From Archaeoglobales archaeon (GTDB lineage: Archaea > Halobacteriota > Archaeoglobi > Archaeoglobales > Archaeoglobaceae): 64,000 nt of DNA. Of the stretch, positions 39,879 through 49,865 are shown one piece after another (position 1 is the stretch's first letter; each line of letters starts with the position of its first letter). The position numbers and the translations under genes were made by a program. The stretch lies in NCBI GenBank assembly GCA_030055595.1, contig JASFYH010000007.1, positions 662-64,661 on the forward strand. The letters are read 5' to 3'. The notes beneath the pieces were generated by a model. That model did no database searches. It worked only from the letters and a program-made list of their open reading frames with translations, and was not told the origin of the DNA.

Positions 39879-41615
39879 ATGATCCTTCTAAACCCCAAGA
39901 AGTTCAAAGGAGAACATTTAGACGAGAAGGCAAGAGAGCTGATCCTGAAGACGATCGAATTCTTTGAGAGCATTGGAAAGGCGAAGCTTAAAGAGAACGA
40001 CAGGAAGATGACGTGGTATGATGACTTTATCGAATTTCAGAAGCAGAACAAGATCTTCTACACCTTTTTAACTCCGCCAGAGTTCAGCAATGGCGAAACT
40101 CGCTGGGACACTTGGCAAATTTGCGATTACAATGAAGTTCTGGCATTTTATAGCCTCCCCTACTGGTATGCTTGGCAGGTGACAATTCTTGGCTTGGGGC
40201 CCATATGGATGAGCAAGAATGAGAAGATTAAGAAAGAAGTTGCAGAAATGCTCAAGAACGGCGGGGTTTTTGCCTTTGGTCTCTCAGAGCGAGAGCATGG
40301 TGCTGATATTTATGCAACTGAGACTAAACTTATTCCACAACCAGATGGAACTTGGAAGGCTTATGGCAGAAAATACTACATCGGCAACTCAAACGTGGCA
40401 AGCATAATATCGACCTTTGCAAGGTTCGCTGAGCCCGACGGAAGCTTGCCTTATGACATGGACAAGCGAAGATTTGTTTTCTTTGCGTTGCGTAGAGATG
40501 AGAGATACTACGAACTGATAAAGAATATCGTTGCTTCGCAAATGTTTGTAGGCGATTTCCTGATCCACGATTATCCTGTTAGCGAAGAAGACATTCTCGA
40601 GAAAGGTGAAGAAGCTTGGGATGCGGCGCTGAACACAGTTAACGTTGGCAAGTTTAACCTTGGCTGGGCTTCAATTGGAATCTGCACTCATGCTTTCTAC
40701 GAGGCTTTAAACCATGCTTCAAAGCGAGTTCTTTATGGGATCCACGTAACGGACTTTCCGCACATCAAAAGGCTTTTTGTCGACGCTTACTGCAGGCTCG
40801 TTGCGATGAAGCTCTTTGCAAGAAGGGCTTGCGATTACATGCGAGTTGCATCACTCAGCGATCGTCGCTACTTGCTTTACAACGCATTGGTCAAGTCGAA
40901 GGTTACAAGAGAAGGTGAGGAAGTGATAAACCTTCTCTGGGACGTGATAGCTGCAAAGGGCTTTGAGAAGGACACCTACTTTGAGATGGCTACAAAATAC
41001 ATCAGATCTTTACCAAAGCTTGAAGGCACTGTGCATGTGAACATGGCTTTAATCCTGAAATTCCTCTACAATTACTTGTTTAATCCTGCAGAGTTCGCTG
41101 AAGTGCCAAAGATGGATGTTGCAAAGCACGACGAGTTCTTATTCAACCAAGGAACCGCTGGAGGACTTGAAAAAGTAAGATTCCACGACTATCGGAAGAT
41201 CTACGCAGAAGTTGATTTGCCGAATGTGAACGTTTTTAAGGAGCAGATAGATTGCTTTAGAGATTTGATCGCCAAAGCTCCACCGAGTGCTGAGCAAATG
41301 AGGGATTTTGACTTCTTAGCAACTCTTGGCGAGCTTTTCACCTTGCTTGTCTATGGACAGCTAATCATTGAGGCTAAGAAAGTCTATGCAGGGCTTTACG
41401 ATGTTAGCGATGAACTGCTCGATCAGGTCTTTGAAATCTTTGTCAGGGACTTCTCAAAGTTTGCGGTAGAGCTTATGGCAAAGCCAAGCGCTACAGAGAG
41501 GCAGAAGGAGTTCTGCAGGAAGATGATAAAGTCGCCAGTTGCGAATGCTGAGCGATTTGAAAAAGTTCTCAGCGAGGTTTATGCACTGAAGGATGCTTAC
41601 GAGATGAATCCATGA
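39879..41615 (+). CDS. Long-form acyl-CoA dehydrogenase family protein
   Basis: About 578 aa (track starts at TTG 39873; ATG at 39879). FGLSEREHGADIYATETKL and YYIGNS are ACAD middle-domain motifs. Extended C-terminal helical domain. Confidence 0.75.
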   Translation: MILLNPKKFKGEHLDEKARELILKTIEFFESIGKAKLKENDRKMTWYDDFIEFQKQNKIFYTFLTPPEFSNGETRWDTWQICDYNEVLAFYSLPYWYAWQVTILGLGPIWMSKNEKIKKEVAEMLKNGGVFAFGLSEREHGADIYATETKLIPQPDGTWKAYGRKYYIGNSNVASIISTFARFAEPDGSLPYDMDKRRFVFFALRRDERYYELIKNIVASQMFVGDFLIHDYPVSEEDILEKGEEAWDAALNTVNVGKFNLGWASIGICTHAFYEALNHASKRVLYGIHVTDFPHIKRLFVDAYCRLVAMKLFARRACDYMRVASLSDRRYLLYNALVKSKVTREGEEVINLLWDVIAAKGFEKDTYFEMATKYIRSLPKLEGTVHVNMALILKFLYNYLFNPAEFAEVPKMDVAKHDEFLFNQGTAGGLEKVRFHDYRKIYAEVDLPNVNVFKEQIDCFRDLIAKAPPSAEQMRDFDFLATLGELFTLLVYGQLIIEAKKVYAGLYDVSDELLDQVFEIFVRDFSKFAVELMAKPSATERQKEFCRKMIKSPVANAERFEKVLSEVYALKDAYEMNP

Positions 41616-41673
41616 ATTGCAATAAAATTTTTTATTCCTTTAAATAACTCTCTGATTTTCCCCTAAAAATATA

Positions 41674-42477
41674 TCAAATAAACTCAGAAAGCTTAACCCA
41701 CGTGCCAACTTCAAGGAAGCTGTCATTTACGTTCTCTTCCATCTCAAGGAACATCTTGTATGGCACTGCAAACGTGAATACATCGTCTCCAAGCAATGCT
41801 CTCGCATTAAGTCTCGCGTCCAAATCGGTAAGCCCAACTACTGCCCTTGGTTTCTCAGATCTTGCTTCTCTGTAAGCAAATATTCCGATCTGATGGCAAC
41901 CAGCGCCCATTGGGATAACAACGTTCTCGTTGTCTTCTCTTGCATAGTTTGCAAGAATGACCAAAGCTGAAAGCTGATGAGGATTTGCAATGAAAACAAC
42001 AACCTCTGGCTCTTCTTCAACCTTGCCCAAAGGCTTGAAGACTACGTATCGCTTGGGAACGTCGACTGCTGGGATTTTTTCAACGAATTTTCTGACAAGC
42101 TCTGGGCTCTTCTTATACCTTTCGCCCTTAAGCATCTTCTCGTATTGCTCCTTCCTAAGCATGCTTTTCAAATTTTCCAGAAGCTCCTTATTCCAGTCCT
42201 CGAATCCCGTCGAAAGGAATCTGCAAAATCCCTCGATACCGCCAAGAAAGTTGTAGTATTGGTTTCCAAATCCCAAACCAGTAGCTCCGCCTTGGCATCC
42301 AAAATGCTCTCTATCAAAGGCAATCACTTCACCCTTCGAAGCCCTTGCTAAAAACCAAATAACACAGCTCCATTGTCCTTCCTTAGGCTGTTTTGCATTG
42401 GCTGGCATTTCATCGCTCCAGATTATTGTTACGGGCTCATACTTCAGCTTTAAAATCTCAGCAATTCTGCTTTTCAT
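41674..42477 (-). CDS. DUF169-family protein (COG2043)
   Basis: 267 aa. EPVTIIWSDEMP...FGCQGGATGLGFG resembles DUF169 as I remember it. Confidence 0.65.
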   Translation of the reverse strand: MKSRIAEILKLKYEPVTIIWSDEMPANAKQPKEGQWSCVIWFLARASKGEVIAFDREHFGCQGGATGLGFGNQYYNFLGGIEGFCRFLSTGFEDWNKELLENLKSMLRKEQYEKMLKGERYKKSPELVRKFVEKIPAVDVPKRYVVFKPLGKVEEEPEVVVFIANPHQLSALVILANYAREDNENVVIPMGAGCHQIGIFAYREARSEKPRAVVGLTDLDARLNARALLGDDVFTFAVPYKMFLEMEENVNDSFLEVGTWVKLSEFI

Positions 42478-42792
42478 AATTTTCGTTGCTCAGCTACCTA
42501 AAAATTTTATCTTTAAGTTTGCAATCCGCACGAAATAGATTTATACTTCACTTCCAATTTTTACCATTCCCTTTTTCAGCAAAGTTACCCTTAAAACGTG
42601 TGCAGGAAAATAAAATTCTTTTCTTAGGTTTTGCTCTATGTTGTTTTTCAAAAAATTCTCCTTTTTTCTGGGATTCGATATGCAACTGTTGAATGAAACC
42701 AGAAGTCTTCATTTTCATTGAATTTTTCAATCTTCCCTGCTCTTTATGGTCGGTTTCAAAGCGTTGTAAAGTTTTCTCCTAAGTTCCTTTAA

Positions 42793-43641
42793 CTCTTCAG
42801 TTGGTTCAATCCAAGAGCATTAGCCAAGAGGTATTTAAGAGAGAGAATAAGAGGAATCGGACACACAGTTAAAAGTTTTATAAGAAATTACAAGGATCTG
42901 AAGGTTCCATGGTATTTGGCTGGTGTCAAAAGTGCGGGAAACGGAGCCCTTATGAAGCTATCGCCAGTAATAATTCCTCATTTGGTTGAACAGTCCAAGA
43001 AATTGTGGAGCGATGCGGTGGTCACCACCTATCTAATTTACAACGACAGGTTGGCAATCTCTTCAGCGGTTGCATTTACAAGCATATTTTGGGAACTTAT
43101 GAAAATAAACCATCCACCAGAACCAGAATGGTGGCTTGAAGAATATTTAAAAGTGGGTAGGGAGCTCGAAGGAGACAAATCTAATTACAGCATGAGATTT
43201 GGGGAATATAAAGGCTACAGAGGTCCCGCTTGGTATTTTATCGAAAAAGTTTTAACAGAAGCATTAAAAGAGAAGTGGAGTTTGAGAAAATTGGACGAAA
43301 AAGCTGGTTCTGGAGCTTATCTTCTGGAAACAATACCGATGGTTTTGTATAGTCTAATGCTTTATGCAGACAAGCCATTTGAAGCTCTTGTGGAGAGCGT
43401 AAGCAACAGTAAAGACTGCGATACTATAGGAGCGATAGTAGGTTCTATTATTGGCGCACTTCACGGAGTAAAGGCTTTTCCGAGTCATTTACTCGACCCG
43501 ATTTTAAATGGAAAACTAATGCCCTTACAGTTTTTGAGATTGATTGTCAAAGCAGAGGAGTATTTGATCAATCAGAAGAATTCTGGAGCTCCTATTGTTA
43601 TAGATAGAGAAACTGTTTTAGCTGTGAAAGATGTATTTTAG
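42793..43641 (+). pseudogene. 5'-truncated ADP-ribosylglycohydrolase (DraG/ARH family)
   Basis: The frame is open from the TAA at 42790-42792 with no ATG; the track starts at TTG 42916. It contains SAGNGALMKLSPV and the C-terminal DCDTIGAIVGSIIGALHG. It lacks the N-terminal ~75 aa with the GDALG and (S/T)DDT metal-ligand motifs. Confidence 0.6.
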
Positions 43642-44085
43642 ATCTATTCCAGCTTTCAAGTTTGAAATCCAATAATGAGCTCCATACTTATCCAAAAGGT
43701 TCCTTGTTATCTCTACACATTTCTTCATGTAATCCGAATCCTTCTCTTTTTCTAAAGTCCTTCTAATGAATTCTCCAAAGTTCAGCCCAATTGCTTTATG
43801 GTATATTTCAGGATACTTTGCATAGGGTTGAGTTTGTAATATTTTTCCTCTTTCGGTTCTACGAATCTGACACCTGAGAGGGCTAACAAGTCTATTTTAA
43901 AAACGTTGTGGATCTATCCAAACAAAAGGACTCACCTAAGACAACCCCGAAAGGTCAAAAGTGTTTCTTTTTGATTCAAATGCTAAAATAGGCTAATATA
44001 TTTACTTCAGCCGTTGGAGGAATTTTAAAAACTTGGATTTAGACGTATAGGCTGTAAATGAGCAAAAAATATAAAAATAACAATT

Positions 44086-44466
44086 TTACGTAGATGGTGC
44101 GGTAGGTTTCCAAGCGAGACCAATTATGCTTCCGATCAGTCCGAGTAGGAATCCTATAATGAATCCTCCGCCGACCACGAATAGGCTCAGGATCGAGAAT
44201 ACGAGGACTATTATCGAACCAGTCGTCACTCTCCCTTTTTCTCCACTGTTGATCATCAATGCCCCTACTATTACCAAGACTCCAAAGACCAGCCCAACGA
44301 TTCCAAGACCTATCAAAAGTCCGCCAATAGGTGCTCCAATTCCTGGAACGAATGACATAGCTGTGCCCAAGATTCCATAAAACACTGCAAAAACAAGCCC
44401 TGATAACAATATCAATATCCCTCCTATAAGAGATAGAATAAATGCCGCAGTCGGTTTTTCACTCAT
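44086..44466 (-). CDS. Small Gly-rich integral membrane protein (4 TM)
   Basis: 126 aa, made of G/I/L/V-rich helices. Confidence 0.55.
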   Translation of the reverse strand: MSEKPTAAFILSLIGGILILLSGLVFAVFYGILGTAMSFVPGIGAPIGGLLIGLGIVGLVFGVLVIVGALMINSGEKGRVTTGSIIVLVFSILSLFVVGGGFIIGFLLGLIGSIIGLAWKPTAPST

Positions 44467-44667
44467 TTTATCACCCCAAACTACGTGTGAGTTTTTACAT
44501 TTTAATTATATAAAGTTTTCTCTCAAAGAGGGGGTGCAATGCTATTCTAAGACAACAACAATTTGAACAACTCAAAGTGTTCTTTTTCTTTCTGTTGTTT
44601 CTTTAAGTCTTTGCTACTCAAAAAATTATTTTAGGTTTGATCTTAGCTCTTCAATTCATTGTATTTT

Positions 44668-46026
44668 TCACAAGCTACTACGAACCACTTTTTTCACGAC
44701 TTTCAAAATAACTCCAAGATTGCCTTTCTTGATCTCTCTGAAAATAAATTTCGGTCTAAGGTAAAAACGAATATAACAATTTCTGAGAAAATTGGCAATC
44801 TCCTTCGGAGACATACCTGTTTTAAGCACGGGCTTTCCTGCAGTGAAGTCATCATAGTTTTCACTCAATAGCAAGTTATTTTCCTTTGCCTCTTCATAGA
44901 TCTCTGTGCCGGGATAGGGTGTAAGAATTGAAAATTGTGCGTAGTCAGGATCAAGCTTTAAAGCAAACCTTAGCGTATTCTTAAGATCTTCTCTCGTTTC
45001 AAGTGGAGCACCAACTATAAAGGAGCAGATCGCTGAGATCTTGGCTCTTTTTGTCATCTTAATTACTTCCTTTGCCCTCTCAAGTGAGATCCTTTTACGA
45101 TAGTATTCAAGGATCCTTTTGCTTGCAGACTCAATTCCATAATAAATAGCAACACAACCAGCGGATCTCATAAGCCTGAGCAATTCCTCAGTGATCGTGT
45201 CGATCCTTGAAGAACAACTCCAAGTGATCTCTAAACCCCTTCTCTTTATCTCCTCGCAGATCTCAGCAACTCTCTTTCGATTGAGTGTAAAAGTGTCGTC
45301 TCCAAAAGCTATTTGCTTAGCTTTAAAGTCGTTAACAAGCCATTCAATCTCATCTACGACGTTTTTCGCACTTCTTGCTCTAAAACGATGTCCCATAAAT
45401 GAGGAGGAACTGCAATATCTGCACGTGAAAGGACAGCCACGAGAACTTATAATTGGGAACTGCCCAAGTTTATAGCCTAAAACAGAGTATTTCTCGAGTG
45501 GCACTAAGTCATAGGCTGGAAAAGGCAATGAATCCAGATCTTCTATAAACTTCCTTGGCTCATTTCTCTTGGTCTTTCCATTCTCTTTATAATACACTCC
45601 TCTAACTCCCTCCAAACTTTTACCATCTTCAACCCTCTCAGCAACCTCCAAAATTGTTTCCTCCCCCTCACCTACACAAACTGCATCGACATAATCATTT
45701 TTCAGAGCTTTTTCTGGTTCGAATGATACGTGAACACCACCAAATATAATGAAGAGATCCTGAAAGGCTTCCTTTATTTTCCTCGCATAACTCAATGCGG
45801 AGTTGAAAGTCGGAGTGGTAGAGGTTATGCCCACGATCATGGAGTTTTTTATTTTCCTCAGCAATTCCTCAAAATTGAGCTTCTCTACAAGGTCGTCGAT
45901 TATTCTTACTTTAAAACCATTTTCTCTGAGAACTGAAGCAAGATAGCCCAACCCAATTGGAGGAGTTGAGATCTCGAGCAATTTTACAACCTCAACGTTT
46001 GCATTCGGATTAATTAGAGTGATCAT
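44668..46026 (-). CDS. B12-binding-domain radical SAM protein (class B)
   Basis: 452 aa. N-terminal cobalamin-binding-like domain (GLGYLASVLRENGFKVRIID...GGVHVS). Core SRGCPFTCRYCSS (CxxxCxxC). Confidence 0.85.
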   Translation of the reverse strand: MITLINPNANVEVVKLLEISTPPIGLGYLASVLRENGFKVRIIDDLVEKLNFEELLRKIKNSMIVGITSTTPTFNSALSYARKIKEAFQDLFIIFGGVHVSFEPEKALKNDYVDAVCVGEGEETILEVAERVEDGKSLEGVRGVYYKENGKTKRNEPRKFIEDLDSLPFPAYDLVPLEKYSVLGYKLGQFPIISSRGCPFTCRYCSSSSFMGHRFRARSAKNVVDEIEWLVNDFKAKQIAFGDDTFTLNRKRVAEICEEIKRRGLEITWSCSSRIDTITEELLRLMRSAGCVAIYYGIESASKRILEYYRKRISLERAKEVIKMTKRAKISAICSFIVGAPLETREDLKNTLRFALKLDPDYAQFSILTPYPGTEIYEEAKENNLLLSENYDDFTAGKPVLKTGMSPKEIANFLRNCYIRFYLRPKFIFREIKKGNLGVILKVVKKVVRSSL

Positions 46027-47417
46027 ACTTTAATTGCTTTCTCCCAAACCGCTTTGTTCCTTATACAACCCGGATCGGGTTTGAAATAGTCTCCAAAGTA
46101 GTTGTAAGCTCTTGCTCTACAACCTCCGCAAACATAACGATAGTCACAATTTCCACAGCCTTCAAGCTTGTCCTTATCCCTCAGACTCTCGAAGATCTCA
46201 TTATTTCTCCAGAGTTCTTCAAGGTCGTCAACTCTTACGTTGCCAACAACAAGCGGGAAGAAGACACAGGGAGTTATGTCGCCGTTAGCCTTTATTGCAA
46301 AATAGAATCTGCCCGCTCCACAACCGCCGATGAACTCTGCAAGCTGTCTAAACCGATCACCTGCATTTAAATTGTAAAAATGCGTCGGAATAATTCCGCC
46401 ATTGCACTGCAGAGCAACACGAGCAAACTGAGGAGCGGTAGAGAGCAAGCTAATCCTCGAACTAAAATTCTTTTCGTAGAGCATTTTGAGGAGCTTCTCC
46501 CTATGCTCTGGAGATAGATCCAGTTCAACGATCTCTCTACCTCTCCCAGTGGGAATAAAATTGTAGTGCATGAACCAGTTAACTCCAAGCTTTTCGCATA
46601 GATCAATGACTGCTGGGACTTCTTCATAGTTAAGCTTCGTGACTGTCATGGAGACGTTAACAAATAAACCATTCTTTACCGCATTCTTTATTCCCTCTAC
46701 GGTTCTGTCAAACGCCCCTCTTATACCTCTAAATGAGTCGTGTGTCTCTCTTAGTCCGTCAAGACTGATTTGAAGATAATTAACACCATTTTCCTTCATT
46801 TTCTTTGCTATATCATCACTGATCATCGTTCCATTCGTAGCTAAAGCTACATAGATCCCTTTTTCTGATGCATACCTCGTTAGCTCGAAGAGATCTTTCC
46901 TCACAAGTGGTTCACCGCCAGAAAAGGCTATGATCGTTACTCCAAGTCTATCGAGGTTGTCAATTGTCTCCAATGCCTCTTCTGTGGTAAGCTCATCTTC
47001 TAATGGTTTACCTGCGGTCGCATAGCAATGCTTACAATGGAGATTGCAGGAATAGGTTATGTCCCATACAACCTGAAATGGCGCTCCGGGAACAAATGGT
47101 CTGCGAATTCCAAATTCTGCGATGCCCTTTATGACGTTTGCAAGCCCTTTCCGCCAGTAAGCATCTTTAAACTTCTCCTTAAGCTCTTCAGGAGTTGTAT
47201 TGAAGGTTTCAGCTCCTCTAATCAAAATCGGCTCGACGATCTTTTCTGCAAGTCTGCATTTCCAGCAAGCGTCTTTTCTTGCTCCAACGAAAAGTTCAAT
47301 GGCTACTTCAAGTCTATTCTTCTTACAATCTTCGCAATAACATGCGAAGCTCTTTATGCTCTTTCTTGTTATAGGATTTCCAACGAGACTTGAGAAAAGG
47401 CTGATCTTGTCGAGCAT
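46023..47417 (-). CDS. Radical SAM / SPASM-domain protein with a ~100-aa N-terminal Cys-rich extension
   Basis: 464 aa. YSCNLHCKHCYA core. IPTGRG. C-terminal GCGAGRFY...PCVF and CGNCDYRYVCGGCRARAY. N-terminal CYCEDC...CWKC. ATGA overlap with the downstream class B rSAM gene. Confidence 0.85.
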   Translation of the reverse strand: MLDKISLFSSLVGNPITRKSIKSFACYCEDCKKNRLEVAIELFVGARKDACWKCRLAEKIVEPILIRGAETFNTTPEELKEKFKDAYWRKGLANVIKGIAEFGIRRPFVPGAPFQVVWDITYSCNLHCKHCYATAGKPLEDELTTEEALETIDNLDRLGVTIIAFSGGEPLVRKDLFELTRYASEKGIYVALATNGTMISDDIAKKMKENGVNYLQISLDGLRETHDSFRGIRGAFDRTVEGIKNAVKNGLFVNVSMTVTKLNYEEVPAVIDLCEKLGVNWFMHYNFIPTGRGREIVELDLSPEHREKLLKMLYEKNFSSRISLLSTAPQFARVALQCNGGIIPTHFYNLNAGDRFRQLAEFIGGCGAGRFYFAIKANGDITPCVFFPLVVGNVRVDDLEELWRNNEIFESLRDKDKLEGCGNCDYRYVCGGCRARAYNYFGDYFKPDPGCIRNKAVWEKAIKV

Positions 47418-47484
47418 AGTAATTACAAATTCGCAATGTTTATATACCTTATGATCTCCAGAGTTCCGACATAAGAGGTGGAAA

Positions 47485-47799
47485 ATGCTAAGAGAGATAG
47501 CAAAAATTATTGAGAGTTTGAATCTGAAGCCCTCAGATCTAAGGATCTACTATCTTTTACTTGAGAAACCAGAGCTTAGCGTTAAGGAGATCTCAAAGGA
47601 GCTCAACCTTTCCACGAGGTTCGTTCGTGAGAGATTAAGAGATATGCACAAAAAGGGAATAATAAATCGAAAGCTCGTCGAAAGAGGGTGGATTGGCTAC
47701 GTTTACGGAGCTGAAGAGCCAAAAGTGGTCGTTGCGAGAGTTAAAAGTTATTTACTGGCAGAGTTCAGAAAGCTCGAAAAAATTTTAGAAAGCTTTTAA
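47485..47799 (+). CDS. TrmB-like winged-helix transcriptional regulator (small)
   Basis: 104 aa. LKPSDLRIYYLLLEKPELSVKEISKELNLSTRFVRERLRDMHKKGII. GAGGTGG RBS. Divergent from the rSAM pair and 6 nt upstream of the HIT gene. Confidence 0.65.
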   Translation: MLREIAKIIESLNLKPSDLRIYYLLLEKPELSVKEISKELNLSTRFVRERLRDMHKKGIINRKLVERGWIGYVYGAEEPKVVVARVKSYLLAEFRKLEKILESF

Positions 47800-47805
47800 A
47801 TTTCA

Positions 47806-48309
47806 ATGTTCACTGAAGCTATGGAGAGAATTTTCGCACCTTGGAGGATCAGATACGTTCTCGCTCCAAAGCCAAAGGATTGTGTTTTCTGTTCCGCTGT
47901 AAAGGGCGCTGAAAAAGAGATGCTTGTTGTTTACACTGCTGAAAAGAGCTTTGTTATAATGAACCGCAACCCATACAATCCCGGACATGTGATGGTGTGT
48001 CCCAAAAGGCATGTGCCATCAATAGAAGATCTGAGCGATGAGGAAGTGCTTGAGATCATGAAGCTCGTTAACTTGTCGATGAGGGCCATAAGACGGTCGA
48101 TGAATCCAGATGGATTTAATGTAGGCATTAACCTTGGAAGAGTTGCGGGAGCGGGTATTGCTGAGCATCTCCATGTTCACGTTGTTCCAAGGTGGAATGG
48201 AGACACTTCTTTCATGCCTGTGCTTGCGGATGTGCAGATCATTCCCCAAGCACTTGAAGAATGCTACGATCAGATTAGGGTGGCTTTTGAAAGTCTTATC
48301 CAAAAGTGA
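47806..48309 (+). CDS. HIT-family nucleotide hydrolase/transferase (Ap4A phosphorylase-like)
   Basis: 167 aa. NPYNPGHVMV and the histidine triad HLHVHVVPRW. Confidence 0.8.
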   Translation: MFTEAMERIFAPWRIRYVLAPKPKDCVFCSAVKGAEKEMLVVYTAEKSFVIMNRNPYNPGHVMVCPKRHVPSIEDLSDEEVLEIMKLVNLSMRAIRRSMNPDGFNVGINLGRVAGAGIAEHLHVHVVPRWNGDTSFMPVLADVQIIPQALEECYDQIRVAFESLIQK

Positions 48310-48362
48310 AATTTCTGAGACTTTTAGGCAATCTTTTTAATCTCGCCTCTTAGGGATTACTC

Positions 48363-49832
48363 GTGAAGGTTCTCGTGCTTGACACAACGCTCAGAGATGG
48401 TGAGCAAACACCGGGAGTTTCGCTTACCGTGGAGCAGAAGGTGATGATTGCAGAAGCACTTGATGCTCTCGGAGTTGACATTATCGAGGCTGGAACAGCG
48501 GTTTCTTCTGAGGGGGATTTCAAAGCAATAAAGACGATCGCAGATAGGGGACTAAAGGCAGAGATCTGCAGTTTTGCAAGGATCAGAAAGGAAGATATAG
48601 ACTCCGCAGCAGATGCTAATGCGAATTCGATCTTCATGGTTGCCCCCTCTTCAGAGTTTCACATTCAAGCCAAGTTTCCGGGAAAGAGCAAGGAATACGT
48701 GATCGAAAAAAGCATTGAGGCGATCGAATATGCAAAGGAGAGGGGTTTGATCGTTGAATTCGGTGCGGAGGATGCTTCAAGAGCGGATCTTGAATTCGTT
48801 TTAGAGCTTTTAAAGAAGGGTGAAGAAGCAAAAGCGGACAGACTGACATTTTGCGACACTGTTGGTGTGCTCACACCTGAGAGAGCTTCTGAGATCGTTC
48901 TGAATTTGAAGAAAAAGCTCAGGGCACCAATAGCGATTCATTGTCATGACGACTTTGGCTTAGCGACAGTAAATACTGTCTATGCAGTAAAAAGTGGAGC
49001 AAATGAGTTTCATGCAACAATAAATGGCATAGGTGAAAGAGCGGGTAATGCATCACTTGAAGAAGTAGCTCTTGTTCTTGAGCACCTCTACGGGCTCAGA
49101 GTCGGTATAAACAACGAGAAACTTTACCCGATTTCAAAACTTGTGGAAAAATTCACAAGAGTAGTTGTTCCCCCGAACAAGCCGATCGTGGGCGATAATG
49201 CATTTACTCACGAAAGCGGTATTCATACATCCGCATTGCTAAAAGATGCGAGGACTTATGAGCCGATCTCACCAGAAATGGTTGGAAGGAAGCGAGTGAT
49301 CGTTCTTGGGAAGCATGCGGGACGAGCGAGCGTTGAAACTATTCTTAAGGAACTTGGATATTCAGCGACAAAGGAGCAGATGGATGAAATTCTGGCAAGA
49401 ATCAAAGAACTTGGGGACATGGGCAAGAGAGTTACAGATGCTGACGTGAGAACGATTACCGAGACAGTTTTGCAGGTTAACAGGGAAAAGAAGGTTAAAC
49501 TCGAAGATCTTGCCATCCTAACGGGGAAGAGCACAACTCCAATGGCAAGCGTGAAGCTAAAGATCAATGGAGAGGAGAGGGTCGAAGCGGCGATCGGCGT
49601 TGGTCCAGTTGATGCGGCGATAAATGCGATCAGGAGAGCTATAAAGGATTATGCGGACATAAAGCTTGTGAGTTATCATGTAGATGCGATCACAGGTGGA
49701 ACTGATGCCCTTGTGGATGTTGTAGTGCAGTTGAAGCGTGGAAACAAGATCGTAACAGCACGTGGGGCGAGAGCGGACATAGTGATGGCTTCCGTCGAGG
49801 CTTTTGTAGAAGGACTGAACATGCTGATCTAA
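48363..49832 (+). CDS. (R)-citramalate synthase / 2-isopropylmalate synthase family (CimA-like size)
   Basis: 489 aa, GTG start. DTTLRDGEQTPGV, HCHDDFGLATVNT, C-terminal LeuA-dimer regulatory domain. Confidence 0.85.
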   Translation: MKVLVLDTTLRDGEQTPGVSLTVEQKVMIAEALDALGVDIIEAGTAVSSEGDFKAIKTIADRGLKAEICSFARIRKEDIDSAADANANSIFMVAPSSEFHIQAKFPGKSKEYVIEKSIEAIEYAKERGLIVEFGAEDASRADLEFVLELLKKGEEAKADRLTFCDTVGVLTPERASEIVLNLKKKLRAPIAIHCHDDFGLATVNTVYAVKSGANEFHATINGIGERAGNASLEEVALVLEHLYGLRVGINNEKLYPISKLVEKFTRVVVPPNKPIVGDNAFTHESGIHTSALLKDARTYEPISPEMVGRKRVIVLGKHAGRASVETILKELGYSATKEQMDEILARIKELGDMGKRVTDADVRTITETVLQVNREKKVKLEDLAILTGKSTTPMASVKLKINGEERVEAAIGVGPVDAAINAIRRAIKDYADIKLVSYHVDAITGGTDALVDVVVQLKRGNKIVTARGARADIVMASVEAFVEGLNMLI

Positions 49833-49865
49833 ATTTCAAATTTTTGAGCTAAAAAATAAAAAATT

